Origin: an uncultured Bacilli bacterium
GTDB lineage: Bacteria > Bacillota_I > Bacilli_A > RF39 > UBA660
DNA length: 48,694 nt
Direction of reading: 5' to 3'
Assembly (NCBI GenBank): GCA_934097015.1
Contig: CAKONF010000004.1
Coordinates: 1-48,694, forward strand
The position numbers and the translations under genes were made by a program. The notes beneath the pieces were generated by a model. It made no database searches, was not told the origin of the DNA, and worked only from the letters and a program-made list of their open reading frames with translations. Shown piece by piece: positions 17,080 through 26,273 of this stretch. Each line of letters starts with the position of its first letter. Position 1 is the first letter of the stretch.

Positions 17080-18442
17080 TATACAAAATAAAACACTTAA
17101 ATGTTTAATAATATTTTCAATTATTATATTGTTAATAATGTGGGCTAGTCAAATATTGTTTTTAACATTATATTATGAAAAATATCAAATAAATAATCTA
17201 AATAAAGTAGTGTATAAACTAACAAAGAGTTCACATACAATTGAAGAAATAGAAAATATAGCATATAAAAATGATATTTGTATAGAATATTTTGATGATA
17301 ATAATACTTATATGTTTAATGGACTAAATAGTAATTGTATATTAAATTCAAAAAGTAAAAGTGTTATTAACATAATAAATAATTTTATTAATAATAATAA
17401 AGGAAAAGAAATAATAAAAATAAATAATCCTATAAATAATTCAAAAAGTATATTGTATAATTTAAAATTAAGTGATAATGAATATATTATATTAAATACT
17501 AACTTAGAAGATGTTGATAGTACAACGAGTGTATTAAGAAACCAATTAATTTATATAACATTGATAGTAATATTTTTATCAATTATAGTATCAACTGTAA
17601 TATCTAAAATGTTAAATAAACCTATCATAAATATAACAAATGAAGCAAAAAAATTAGCAAACGGAAATAGAGAACTTAACATACCTAAAAGTAATATAAA
17701 AGAAATAGATGATTTAAGAGATTCTCTTATTTATGCAAGTCACGAAATTAATAAAACTGATGAGTTAAGACGTGATTTATTAGCAAATGTTAGTCATGAT
17801 TTAAAAACACCATTAACTATGATAAAAGCTTATGCAGAAATGATTAGAGATATAAATAAAGATAATGAAGAAAAAAGAAATGAGAATCTAAATATAATTA
17901 TTGATGAAACAGATAGACTAACTATATTAGTCAATGATATATTAAATTTAAGTAAATTAGAAGCAAATAAAGAATCATTAGAAATAAAAGAATTTGATTT
18001 AGTAGAATTAATTAATAATATAATAAAAAAATATAATATTATTAAAGAAACGGAAAATTATAAATTTATCTTAAATATGCCTAAAAAAGCAATAGTGAAA
18101 GGTGATATTAATAAAATAAGTCAAGTAATATATAATTTAGTTAACAATGCTATAAATTATACTGGAGATGACTTAACTGTAAAAATAGAAGTAATAGAAC
18201 AAAAAAAGACATACTTGGTTAATATAATAGATACTGGAAAAGGAATAAAAAAAGAAGAATTAAATATAATATGGGATAAATATTATAAAAATGAAAAAAA
18301 TCATAAAAGAAATAAAGTGGGTACTGGAGTTGGACTTTCAATAGTAAAAAATATATTAGATAAACATAATTTTAAATATGGTGTCGATAGTAAAATAGGT
18401 AAAGGAACAACATTTTATTTTGAAATTACAAAAATTTCATAA
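17066..18442 (+). CDS. Sensor histidine kinase
   Basis: Two TM segments, H-box SHDLKTPLT, and N/G boxes (NLVNNAINYT, DTGKGI, GTGVGLSIVK). Overlaps the regulator stop. Confidence 0.9.
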   Translation: MKKSNIQNKTLKCLIIFSIIILLIMWASQILFLTLYYEKYQINNLNKVVYKLTKSSHTIEEIENIAYKNDICIEYFDDNNTYMFNGLNSNCILNSKSKSVINIINNFINNNKGKEIIKINNPINNSKSILYNLKLSDNEYIILNTNLEDVDSTTSVLRNQLIYITLIVIFLSIIVSTVISKMLNKPIINITNEAKKLANGNRELNIPKSNIKEIDDLRDSLIYASHEINKTDELRRDLLANVSHDLKTPLTMIKAYAEMIRDINKDNEEKRNENLNIIIDETDRLTILVNDILNLSKLEANKESLEIKEFDLVELINNIIKKYNIIKETENYKFILNMPKKAIVKGDINKISQVIYNLVNNAINYTGDDLTVKIEVIEQKKTYLVNIIDTGKGIKKEELNIIWDKYYKNEKNHKRNKVGTGVGLSIVKNILDKHNFKYGVDSKIGKGTTFYFEITKIS

Positions 18443-18615
18443 AAAATTCACATGAATATAATATTATTAAATTGGAAAAAGGAATTTTTTTGTTATTTTT
18501 ACTATTTGAACTTTGTCGTTTGTTCGTTAGATTATATAAACTTAAACTCACACTATTTTTTATTCCTTTTTCTATTTTAGTAGTAAAGTATAATTGAAAA
18601 ATTATACTTTTTTTG

Positions 18616-18644
18616 TTGATATTTTATTTTATTTATGATACTAT
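18616..18644 (+). promoter_or_regulatory. SigmaA-like promoter for the tasA-like gene
   Basis: TTGATA(18616-18621)-17 nt-TACTAT(18639-18644) with a TG extension. Confidence 0.4.
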
Positions 18645-18667
18645 TTTTATAGTAAAGGAAGATGTTT

Positions 18668-19567
18668 ATGAAAAATAATTCTAATAATAACAGAGGTTCA
18701 ATGATAATTTTAACTGTAATAGGTATTGCAACACTATTGGTTGCCGTAATAGGTGCAACATTTGCCTACTTTACAGCACAAATCAATTATAATGATAAAC
18801 CTAAGGAAGTTTATATTCATTCTGGTGAAATGATAGTACAATTTGATTCAAAAAATAGTATCGATTATAGGGGTGCTATTCCAGGAAGACCTGATGTTTA
18901 TGATGAAAGCGGTAATTTTATAAATAAAAATAGAATGCAATTTACACTCACAAGTGGAGAAAATATGGGTGTAGGTACAAAATATGATGTATATTTAAAA
19001 ATTACAAAAAATGAATTTACACAAAGTAATAAATTAAGTACTGGTCTTACTAATTTAGTTTATTATATTGAAGAATTCGAAGATAGTTTAAGAGGACCAC
19101 AGACAACTGGAACTGATAAAATTGGAAATCAACTAGGAACTATATATTCAACTAGTCCATTAATGGAATACAAAGATGCTACAACTAATCAAGGTAAATT
19201 TAAAAGAACAACTATAAATAGTATGTTAGATTCAGGAATAACTTTAAATGTTGGCGGAATAACTGAACCAAATGAAGTTGGTACAGTAAAAATTGGAACA
19301 ATTCCTATAAAAGCACAACCATCTACAACAGAAGATGATGGTTTCTGTACTGGAACTGGAATGGAAAAAAATGGAGATGCTTGTTTCTTAAAAATAAGTG
19401 AAGGATCTGTTTTAGGAAATTATAACAGTGCAAATGAATGGTATTTTGAATTATGGTTATATGAAACTGGAGATGAACAAAATTACGATCAAGGAAAAGA
19501 GTTCAATGCAAGTATAGAAATAGTTACACATGACTTAGACAAAATTTCTAATGAAGATGTTAGATAA
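18668..19567 (+). CDS. Stand-alone TasA/camelysin-like secreted protein with a SipW-type signal peptide
   Basis: IGIATLLVAVIGATFAYFTAQINYNDKPKEVYIHSGEMIVQFD resembles the TasA/CalY 'GGGTFAYFSD...AGTLDL' pattern. The C-terminal strand motif YFELWLYETGDEQNYDQGKEFNASIEIV matches the family's '..YEL.V.YKE.NEDQN.D..K..A...IV'. RBS AAGGA precedes ATG 18668; an alternative ATG lies at 18662. Confidence 0.8.
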   Translation: MKNNSNNNRGSMIILTVIGIATLLVAVIGATFAYFTAQINYNDKPKEVYIHSGEMIVQFDSKNSIDYRGAIPGRPDVYDESGNFINKNRMQFTLTSGENMGVGTKYDVYLKITKNEFTQSNKLSTGLTNLVYYIEEFEDSLRGPQTTGTDKIGNQLGTIYSTSPLMEYKDATTNQGKFKRTTINSMLDSGITLNVGGITEPNEVGTVKIGTIPIKAQPSTTEDDGFCTGTGMEKNGDACFLKISEGSVLGNYNSANEWYFELWLYETGDEQNYDQGKEFNASIEIVTHDLDKISNEDVR

Positions 19568-19588
19568 ACTCCTGTTGGAGTTTTTTTC
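19566..19588 (+). terminator. Rho-independent terminator (possibly leaky)
   Basis: AAACTCC-TGTT-GGAGTTT followed by a T-run. Confidence 0.6.
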
Positions 19589-19643
19589 TTGATAAAATAT
19601 AGCTACTACTATATAATTAAATTGAAAAAAATAAGGAGATACT

Positions 19644-20240
19644 ATGAATAAATTAAATAAAAAACAAATATTAGTTTTAATAATAGTTATAATATGTATA
19701 ATAGGCAATACAATATGTCTCATTATTACTGCAAACTTTTATATGATAAAAAAAACAATAGAATTAACCAGTACTGCAACACAAAATAATATAACAAATA
19801 TTTATGAAGAAAGCATAGAAGATAATGATTACTATAGTGGTGTTATAATATACAATATAGATTTTAATATAAATGATTTATTTAATATAAATGATTTATT
19901 TAATATAAATATTCCAAAAACTTTTATAGAAGATAATAAAAATGAATATAAAAGTACAAATAATGAGTGTAGTTTTTCATTAAAACAAATAGATAATTAT
20001 GATAATGCATATCTTTTAGCACAAGGGTTAAATAAAACATACAATAACACTAGCAACATAATAGTATCTACAACAAATAACATAAAATGGTATGAAATAG
20101 ATTATGAAATACATGGAATAACATATCATTACTTAACAGAAATAGATAATAAAATATATAGTTTTGAATTTACAGTTAATAATAATGAAGATTGTATTAA
20201 CTGTAAAGATTTAATTATAAATAGTATTACAATTAAATAA
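19644..20240 (+). CDS. Membrane-anchored protein of unknown function between the tasA-like gene and sipW
   Basis: RBS AAGGAG. N-terminal TM helix ILVLIIVIICIIGNTICLIITANFYMI. Contains an in-frame NINDLF tandem repeat. No recognisable motif. Confidence 0.65.
   Translation: MNKLNKKQILVLIIVIICIIGNTICLIITANFYMIKKTIELTSTATQNNITNIYEESIEDNDYYSGVIIYNIDFNINDLFNINDLFNINIPKTFIEDNKNEYKSTNNECSFSLKQIDNYDNAYLLAQGLNKTYNNTSNIIVSTTNNIKWYEIDYEIHGITYHYLTEIDNKIYSFEFTVNNNEDCINCKDLIINSITIK
19864..19910 (+). repeat. 18-bp tandem repeat, about 2.6 copies (TTAATATAAATGATTTAT)
   Basis: Direct reading. Encodes NINDLF-NINDLF-NIN inside the CDS 19644..20240. Confidence 0.9.
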
Positions 20241-20301
20241 AATTTATCATTGAAATATTTAATATCATAATATATAATTAATATAGAAACTAGTCGGTGA
20301 T

Positions 20302-21021
20302 ATGATGAAAAAAATGAATAAAAGGGAACGTAGAAAAGTCTTTAGATATTATATTAATAGAGCAATGAAACTTCTTTCATACGCTGTAATAGTTGTACTT
20401 ATATTTTTAGGTATCTTTTTTGCATACTATTTTATATCTTTAAAATTATATGAGAAAAATCCAACAGTTAATATTCCTAAGTTCGGATTATACACAATAA
20501 TTAGTCCAAGTATGGAACCAAACGTAAAAGTATACGATGTCGTTGTTGATTTAAATATTTTTAATGAAGATGATGTAAAAAAAGGGGATATTATAACATT
20601 TGTCTCAAACAGTAATGTATCAAAAGGTTTAACTGTCACACATAGAGTAGTAGATATTATAACAAATAGCGATGGAAGTAAGTCATATATTACAAAAGGA
20701 GACAATAACTTAAAAGCAGACCAAGCTACTGTTAGTTATAAAGATGTATTAGGAAAAGTATTATTTAAAATACCTCAATTAGGTAGAGTACAGTTCTTAA
20801 TAGCAGATAAATTTGGATGGTTATTAGTAATATTAATACCAGCATTAGGAGTTATTATATATGATTTTATAAAATTATTTAGATTATTAGCATTTAATAA
20901 TAAATTTATGAGATTTAGTACAATAAATAAAAAAATAGATACAGAAATAGATGTCGATGATTTAAACCAAATAAGAGAAGGTTTAGATACAGTTAAAAGA
21001 TTCTATAATAGAAAGAATTAG
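20302..21021 (+). CDS. sipW: Archaeal/ER-type signal peptidase I (SipW-like)
   Basis: SPSMEP (nucleophile Ser), VTHRV (His), TKGDNN, and the extra C-terminal TM helix (WLLVILIPALGVIIYDFI) typical of SipW rather than P-type SPases. Confidence 0.8.
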   Translation: MMKKMNKRERRKVFRYYINRAMKLLSYAVIVVLIFLGIFFAYYFISLKLYEKNPTVNIPKFGLYTIISPSMEPNVKVYDVVVDLNIFNEDDVKKGDIITFVSNSNVSKGLTVTHRVVDIITNSDGSKSYITKGDNNLKADQATVSYKDVLGKVLFKIPQLGRVQFLIADKFGWLLVILIPALGVIIYDFIKLFRLLAFNNKFMRFSTINKKIDTEIDVDDLNQIREGLDTVKRFYNRKN

Positions 21022-21074
21022 AAATAATTTGTATTTCTAATTTTTATTTGTTATAATATATTTTAGTGATAGAT

Positions 21075-21806
21075 ATGAAAAAAATAAGCATACAATTATT
21101 TATAGTTCTTATAGGAATAATGTTATCAATAACAAGTTTTTTAGGAATAAAAAAATATTTTGATAAAAATTATAAAAATAAAGAGACAGAACATAAATTA
21201 GTTTATAATGATTTAATAAATAAAACTGATTCTCCAAATATTATAGAAGAAACAATAATTCCAGAAGAAACTACTACAACGACAACAAGCACTACTACAA
21301 CAAAAATATATACTACAACAAAGATAGAAACAACTACTATAAAAGAAGATAGTATTGAAATAAAAGAAAATGAATCTCCAGAAATAATAGATGATAATAG
21401 TATAGTGTTTGACGGATTAACACTAACAGAATTAACGAATAAACTAAATAAAAATCTATCTTCTACATTAACTAACACTGGAATTTATTTTGCAAATTAT
21501 ACAAAAAAAACAGGATTAGATCCATATTTAGCAGTTGCAATAGTATTACACGAAACTGGTTGTAAATGGACTTGTAGTAGTTTAGTTAGAAATAATTATA
21601 ATATTGGTGGATTAAAAAGTGGAGGAAAATTTATAAAATATAATTCTCTAGAAGAAGGAATAGATGGATATCTAAATATTTTATTTAATAACTATTATAA
21701 TAAAGGATTAAATACAGCAGAACTAATGCAAAGTAAATATGCACCTAGTAGTACAACATGGACTGATAAAATAAATTGGTATATAAATAATATAAAGGAA
21801 AGTTAG
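21075..21806 (+). CDS. Secreted glucosaminidase-domain (FlgJ/LytD-like) cell-wall hydrolase with a Thr-rich linker
   Basis: Signal/TM helix, TTTTTSTTTTKIYTTTKIETTT linker, and DPYLAVAIVLHETG...NNYNIGGLKS...YNSLEEGIDGY resembling the mannosyl-glycoprotein endo-beta-N-acetylglucosaminidase domain. Confidence 0.65.
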   Translation: MKKISIQLFIVLIGIMLSITSFLGIKKYFDKNYKNKETEHKLVYNDLINKTDSPNIIEETIIPEETTTTTTSTTTTKIYTTTKIETTTIKEDSIEIKENESPEIIDDNSIVFDGLTLTELTNKLNKNLSSTLTNTGIYFANYTKKTGLDPYLAVAIVLHETGCKWTCSSLVRNNYNIGGLKSGGKFIKYNSLEEGIDGYLNILFNNYYNKGLNTAELMQSKYAPSSTTWTDKINWYINNIKES

Positions 21807-21808
21807 TA

Positions 21809-21973
21809 TTTACAAAAATAAATAATATGATATAATAACATTGTTAACGAAGAAAGGACTTACGACCCTGGAGTTAAAACGTAATATCGCGTTAAGATAA
21901 ATAAAGTATGATACATTCATAGAATTAAGGTGGTACCGCGGAATTTCGCCCTTAAGTTTATGAATGTTTTTTT
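21809..21973 (+). promoter_or_regulatory. Promoter plus tyrosine-specific T-box leader of tyrS
   Basis: TTTACA-16 nt-TATAAT (21809-21836). Candidate specifier UAC at 21861-21863. T-box sequence AATTAAGGTGGTACCGCGG at 21923-21941. Terminator arms ACATTCATAGAATTAAGG/CCTTAAGTTTATGAATGT followed by T7 (21967-21973). Confidence 0.8.
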
Positions 21974-22011
21974 AAATAAAAAATAATGAGATTATAGAAA
22001 GAAGGAATATT

Positions 22012-23232
22012 ATGAAATTATATGATGATTTAAAATGGAGAGGATTAATTAAGGATGTTAGTAGTCCAGATTTAGAAGATAAATTAAATAATGAAAAATT
22101 AACATTTTATATAGGAACAGACCCTACAGCAGATTCTATGCACATAGGACACTTCTCATCTTTTTTAATAGCAACAAGACTTGCTAAATATGGTCACCAT
22201 CCAATATTGTTAGTAGGAGGAGCAACAGGATTAATAGGAGATCCAAAACCATCTAAAGAAAGACAAATGATTACAAAAGAAGAAGTAGAAAAAAATGTAT
22301 TAGGATTAACAAAACAAGCTAAAGAAATATTTGGATTTGAAGTAGTTAATAACTATGATTGGATTAAAAATATTAACACAATAGATTTCTTAAGAGATTA
22401 TGGTAAATATATAAATGTTAACTATATGTTAGATAAAGATATAATAAGTAGAAGATTAGAATCAGGAATTACATTCTGTGAATTTGCTTATACAATACTA
22501 CAAGGTTTAGATTTCGTACATTTATATGAAAATAAAGGATGTACATTAGAAGTTGCTGGAAGTGACCAATGGGGAAATATTACTACAGGAATAGAACTTG
22601 CAAGAAAAAAAATAGATACAGAACTTTATGGAATGACTATGCCATTAGTACTTGATGCAAATGGTGTTAAATTTGGCAAAACTGAAGGTAATGCACTATG
22701 GCTAGATAAAAATAAAACATCTAGTTATGAATTATACCAATATTTAATAAATTCTAGTGATTTATGTGTAATAGACTATCTAAAAAAATTAACATTTCTA
22801 ACAAAAGAAGAAATAGAATCTATTGAAGAAGAACATAATAAAAAACCAGAACTAAGATTAGCTCAAAAAAAACTAGCAGAAGAAGTAATCACATTCTTAC
22901 ACGGTAAAGAAGAATTTAATAAAGCACTAAAAATAAGTGAATGTCTATTCAAAGGAAAAATAAACGAATTAACAATAGATGAAATAGAAGATGCCTTTAA
23001 AGGAGTACCAACATTTAATATAGAATTAAATCAAACTATATTAGATACTCTAGTTAATAATAAAATAGCATCATCAAGAAGAGAAGCAAGAGAATTCTTA
23101 AAAAATAATAGTATTACAATAAATGGAAATATTATTAATGATGAAAATACAGTAATAAATAATGATATACTATTACACAAAAAATATTTAATTATAAGAA
23201 AGGGTAAGAAAAAATATTTTATAGGAAAATAA
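22012..23232 (+). CDS. tyrS: Tyrosyl-tRNA synthetase
   Basis: HIGH-type motif (SMHIGHF), KFGKT (KMSKS-type) and a C-terminal S4-like domain. Confidence 0.95.
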   Translation: MKLYDDLKWRGLIKDVSSPDLEDKLNNEKLTFYIGTDPTADSMHIGHFSSFLIATRLAKYGHHPILLVGGATGLIGDPKPSKERQMITKEEVEKNVLGLTKQAKEIFGFEVVNNYDWIKNINTIDFLRDYGKYINVNYMLDKDIISRRLESGITFCEFAYTILQGLDFVHLYENKGCTLEVAGSDQWGNITTGIELARKKIDTELYGMTMPLVLDANGVKFGKTEGNALWLDKNKTSSYELYQYLINSSDLCVIDYLKKLTFLTKEEIESIEEEHNKKPELRLAQKKLAEEVITFLHGKEEFNKALKISECLFKGKINELTIDEIEDAFKGVPTFNIELNQTILDTLVNNKIASSRREAREFLKNNSITINGNIINDENTVINNDILLHKKYLIIRKGKKKYFIGK

Positions 23233-23251
23233 TATATTTTAAGGGGGAAAT

Positions 23252-23905
23252 ATGAAATCCAAAGAACTATTAAAAAAACAAAAAGAATATGAAAAAATAG
23301 TATATGATATACAAGAATTATATTTTAAATATAGTAATAAAGATATTTCAAAAGAAAAATATAATCTAATATTAGAAAAAATGAGATTACTAGATTCTAA
23401 AAAAAATTATCTTTTAAATGAAATAATTTTATTAAATGAAATTAAAGAAAGAAATAATATAAAACTAAACATAATAGTATCTTATATAATAGCATTTATT
23501 CTAACTATAATATTATTACCAATAAACTTAACTATAAGTATAGCTTTTATGAGTCTAACATACTTAATAGCTAAACAAAGTATAGAATTAAAAAAAGTAA
23601 AAAATGATACAATTAATAATTTGTTAATGAATAAAAATAGACAAACTTCTTTTATACCTGAATTATTTAAAACTGAAATGAATAGAAGAATCACCAATGA
23701 ATTAGCACAAGAATACTTAACAAAATATTTAGATAATGATTTAGATATAAAATTAAATAACAATGAAGAAGATATAAGAAATATCATTAGTAATGACTAT
23801 AATATATCAAATGAAAATTTAAAAGACTTATTACAAGAATATAAGAACAACATAATAAAAGAAAAAGAACAAATAAAAAAATTAGAATTAACATTAGAGG
23901 ATTAA
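23252..23905 (+). CDS. Hypothetical coiled-coil/membrane protein
   Basis: RBS AAGGGGG. One or two central TM helices flanked by K/E-rich helices. Tightly packed with the following ORFs. Confidence 0.6.
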   Translation: MKSKELLKKQKEYEKIVYDIQELYFKYSNKDISKEKYNLILEKMRLLDSKKNYLLNEIILLNEIKERNNIKLNIIVSYIIAFILTIILLPINLTISIAFMSLTYLIAKQSIELKKVKNDTINNLLMNKNRQTSFIPELFKTEMNRRITNELAQEYLTKYLDNDLDIKLNNNEEDIRNIISNDYNISNENLKDLLQEYKNNIIKEKEQIKKLELTLED

Positions 23906-23907
23906 TT

Positions 23908-24366
23908 ATGAAAAAAGCAATAAACATATTTTTAATAATATTATTAGTAATAATTGAATTATTAACAATAACTTTTATAACATTAAAAATAACTATAAAC
24001 AAAAATAATATTAATAAAATAATAAAACAAACTACAAAAGAAATTTCTAAAAATAAAGAAATAACAGAAAATTTAACTGATAAAATTAATAAAGAAACTA
24101 ATATAGATAAAAAAGTAATAGAATCTACATTAAATAGTAAAACAGCACAAGATATACTAAGTGTTATAACTAGCAATGTAATAGATTATAAATTAGGTAA
24201 AAGTGAAAAAATGACTAAAGAGAAACTAAATGAATTAGCAGAAAATAATATAGATAAGGTTATTAGTGAATCAGGTTATGATATAACTGATAAAGAAAAA
24301 GAAAATATATTAAATAATATAAAAAATAATGGAAATTATATAATAGAAAGTATATATGGTGAATAA
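23908..24366 (+). CDS. Hypothetical N-terminally anchored protein
   Basis: Start lies 3 nt after the previous stop. N-terminal TM helix IFLIILLVIIELLTITFITL. Confidence 0.55.
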   Translation: MKKAINIFLIILLVIIELLTITFITLKITINKNNINKIIKQTTKEISKNKEITENLTDKINKETNIDKKVIESTLNSKTAQDILSVITSNVIDYKLGKSEKMTKEKLNELAENNIDKVISESGYDITDKEKENILNNIKNNGNYIIESIYGE

Positions 24367-24695
24367 TGAAAAACTTATTTAAATTACTGGATACAAAATA
24401 TTTAATATTATTAATTATAAGTTTATTATTAGTAATAACAATATTATTTATAAATAATAAAAATAATAAAAAAACAATTAAAACTATTAGTATAACAACA
24501 CTAATTATATCTATTATTGTATTAATAATTTCATTCATTTTACCATTTATCATAAAATTTTTACCTATTAATGAAACAATATATTTATTATTAAAATCTA
24601 TAATTAGTAATATAAAAAGCACATTATCTTTAATATCAATCATATTAATTGTTATAAACATAATAATAATATTACTTATAAATAAAAGTGAATAA
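24366..24695 (+). CDS. Hypothetical small membrane protein
   Basis: ATGA start/stop overlap with the previous ORF. Three hydrophobic segments. Confidence 0.5.
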   Translation: MKNLFKLLDTKYLILLIISLLLVITILFINNKNNKKTIKTISITTLIISIIVLIISFILPFIIKFLPINETIYLLLKSIISNIKSTLSLISIILIVINIIIILLINKSE

Positions 24696-24739
24696 ATTAA
24701 TATTCTTTTTACCAAAATAAGGTAGAAAGGATATTTTTT

Positions 24740-25516
24740 ATGAGTAAATATAAAGTTGATATAGCAGGAATAAATACAAATAGCTTACCAGTATTAAAAA
24801 ATGATGAAATGATTATATTATTCAAAAAATTAAGAAACGGAGATAAGTTAGCAAAAGAAACTATAGTAAATGGTAATTTAAAATTAGTTTTAAGTTTAGT
24901 ACAAAAATATAATACAGGAAAATGTGATATGAACGACTTATTTCAAATAGGATGTGTAGGATTAATAAAAGCAGTAGATAATTTTGATTTATCATTTAAC
25001 GTACAATTTTCTACTTATGCAGTACCACTTATTCTAGGTGAAATAAGAAGATATATAAGAGGACTTACTGACGTTAGAATAGCAAGGAGTATAAAAGATA
25101 CAGCATATAAAATATTAAAATACAAAGACGAATATTTATTAAAATATGGCAAAGAAGCAACAAACGATGAAATATGTGAATCTCTAGGATTAACCGAATA
25201 CAATTTAGGTAATGCTCTTAATTCATTAAAACCAACTATGTCTATATATGAGCCAATTTATAATGATGGTGGTGACACTATATATTTAGAAGACCAAATA
25301 GCAGATGTAAAAAACAATAATAATGATAGAGATGAATTACTAGGATTAAGACGTGCACTAACAAAAATAAAAGAAAGAGAAAGAAATATATTAAGAGATA
25401 GATATATAGTAGGAAAAACACAAACAGAAATAGCAAATGAATTAGGAGTAAGTCAAGCACAAGTATCTAGATTAGAAAAAAGTGCCATAAATAATGTTAA
25501 AAGATTAATAAAATAA
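24740..25516 (+). CDS. sigG: Sporulation sigma factor SigG (forespore, late)
   Basis: Aligns along its length with my recollection of B. subtilis SigG: KVDIAGINTNSLPVLKNDEM, GNLKLVLSLVQKY, DLFQIGCVGLIKAVDNFD, FSTYAVPLILGEIRRY, YEPIYNDGGDTIYLEDQIAD, GVSQAQVSRLEK. Confidence 0.85.
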   Translation: MSKYKVDIAGINTNSLPVLKNDEMIILFKKLRNGDKLAKETIVNGNLKLVLSLVQKYNTGKCDMNDLFQIGCVGLIKAVDNFDLSFNVQFSTYAVPLILGEIRRYIRGLTDVRIARSIKDTAYKILKYKDEYLLKYGKEATNDEICESLGLTEYNLGNALNSLKPTMSIYEPIYNDGGDTIYLEDQIADVKNNNNDRDELLGLRRALTKIKERERNILRDRYIVGKTQTEIANELGVSQAQVSRLEKSAINNVKRLIK

Positions 25517-25540
25517 CATATAATTTAATGGTGGTATATT

Positions 25541-25768
25541 TTGAAAATAAGTGATTTACAAGATAAAACGGTTATAAATATAAATGATGGAAAAAATTTA
25601 GGAAATATAGTAGATTTAGAAATGGATAATAATGGACAAATAATAAATTTTACATCAATACCAAGAAGACATATATTTAGATTATTTTTATCAAATAAAG
25701 AAACAATATTTAAAATGTCAGATATAAAAAAAATAGGGCAAGATGTTATACTTGTAGAAATAAATTAA
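25541..25768 (+). CDS. ylmC: YlmC/YmxH-family (PRC-barrel) sporulation protein
   Basis: ISDLQDKTVININDGKNLGNIVDLEMD..GQI pattern. 75 aa. TTG start after GGTGG. Confidence 0.7.
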   Translation: MKISDLQDKTVININDGKNLGNIVDLEMDNNGQIINFTSIPRRHIFRLFLSNKETIFKMSDIKKIGQDVILVEIN

Positions 25769-25796
25769 ATAATATATAATTATATAGGTGATATTA

Positions 25797-26273
25797 ATGT
25801 CAAAAAAAATATATATCATATCTTTAATAACATTTATATTAGATCAAATAACTAAATCAATTATAAGCACATATATGAAATTAAATGATAGTATACAAAT
25901 TATAAAAGATTTCTTTTATATAAGATATATAAACAATAAAGGTGCTTCATGGGGAATATTAGAAAACAATACTATATTACTAATAATATTAAGTATAATA
26001 GCAATAATAATTATATTTAGATATTCATATTCATTTAAAACAACTAAATTAAATACTTATGGATTTGGATTATTATTAGGCGGTATACTAGGTAATTTAT
26101 CTGATAGATTAATATTTGGATATGTAAAAGATTTTTTAGATTTTATAATATTTAAATATGATTTTCCAGTATTTAATATAGCAGATATTTGTATAGTAAT
26201 AGGAGTTATATTGTTAATAATATCAATTTTAAAAGGAGAAGATAATAGTGGAAGTAAAAGTAGTAGAAAATGA
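25797..26273 (+). CDS. lspA: Lipoprotein signal peptidase (SPase II)
   Basis: DQITK, NKGASWGIL, GGILGNLSDRL and FNIADICI motifs. Four TM helices. Confidence 0.9.
   Translation: MSKKIYIISLITFILDQITKSIISTYMKLNDSIQIIKDFFYIRYINNKGASWGILENNTILLIILSIIAIIIIFRYSYSFKTTKLNTYGFGLLLGGILGNLSDRLIFGYVKDFLDFIIFKYDFPVFNIADICIVIGVILLIISILKGEDNSGSKSSRK

Noticed and set aside
18474-18612. 11-bp inverted repeat GAAAAAGGAAT/ATTCCTTTTTC (18475-18485 / 18562-18572) enclosing ~76 nt, followed by the hairpin AGTATAAT-TGAAAA-ATTATACT and a T-run (18586-18612), between the kinase gene and the tasA-like promoter.
   Set aside because: It could be a terminator region or a small structured RNA. However, the arms are A/T-rich, there is no promoter or conserved second copy in the window, and nothing distinguishes it from ordinary 3'-UTR structure.
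24690-24719. Possible sigmaF/sigmaG-type promoter upstream of sigG (GAATA-18 nt-CAAAATA).
   Set aside because: The match to GHATR/CATxHTA is imperfect. A start about 7 nt downstream would fall inside the RBS. In such AT-rich DNA this match is not distinguishable from chance.
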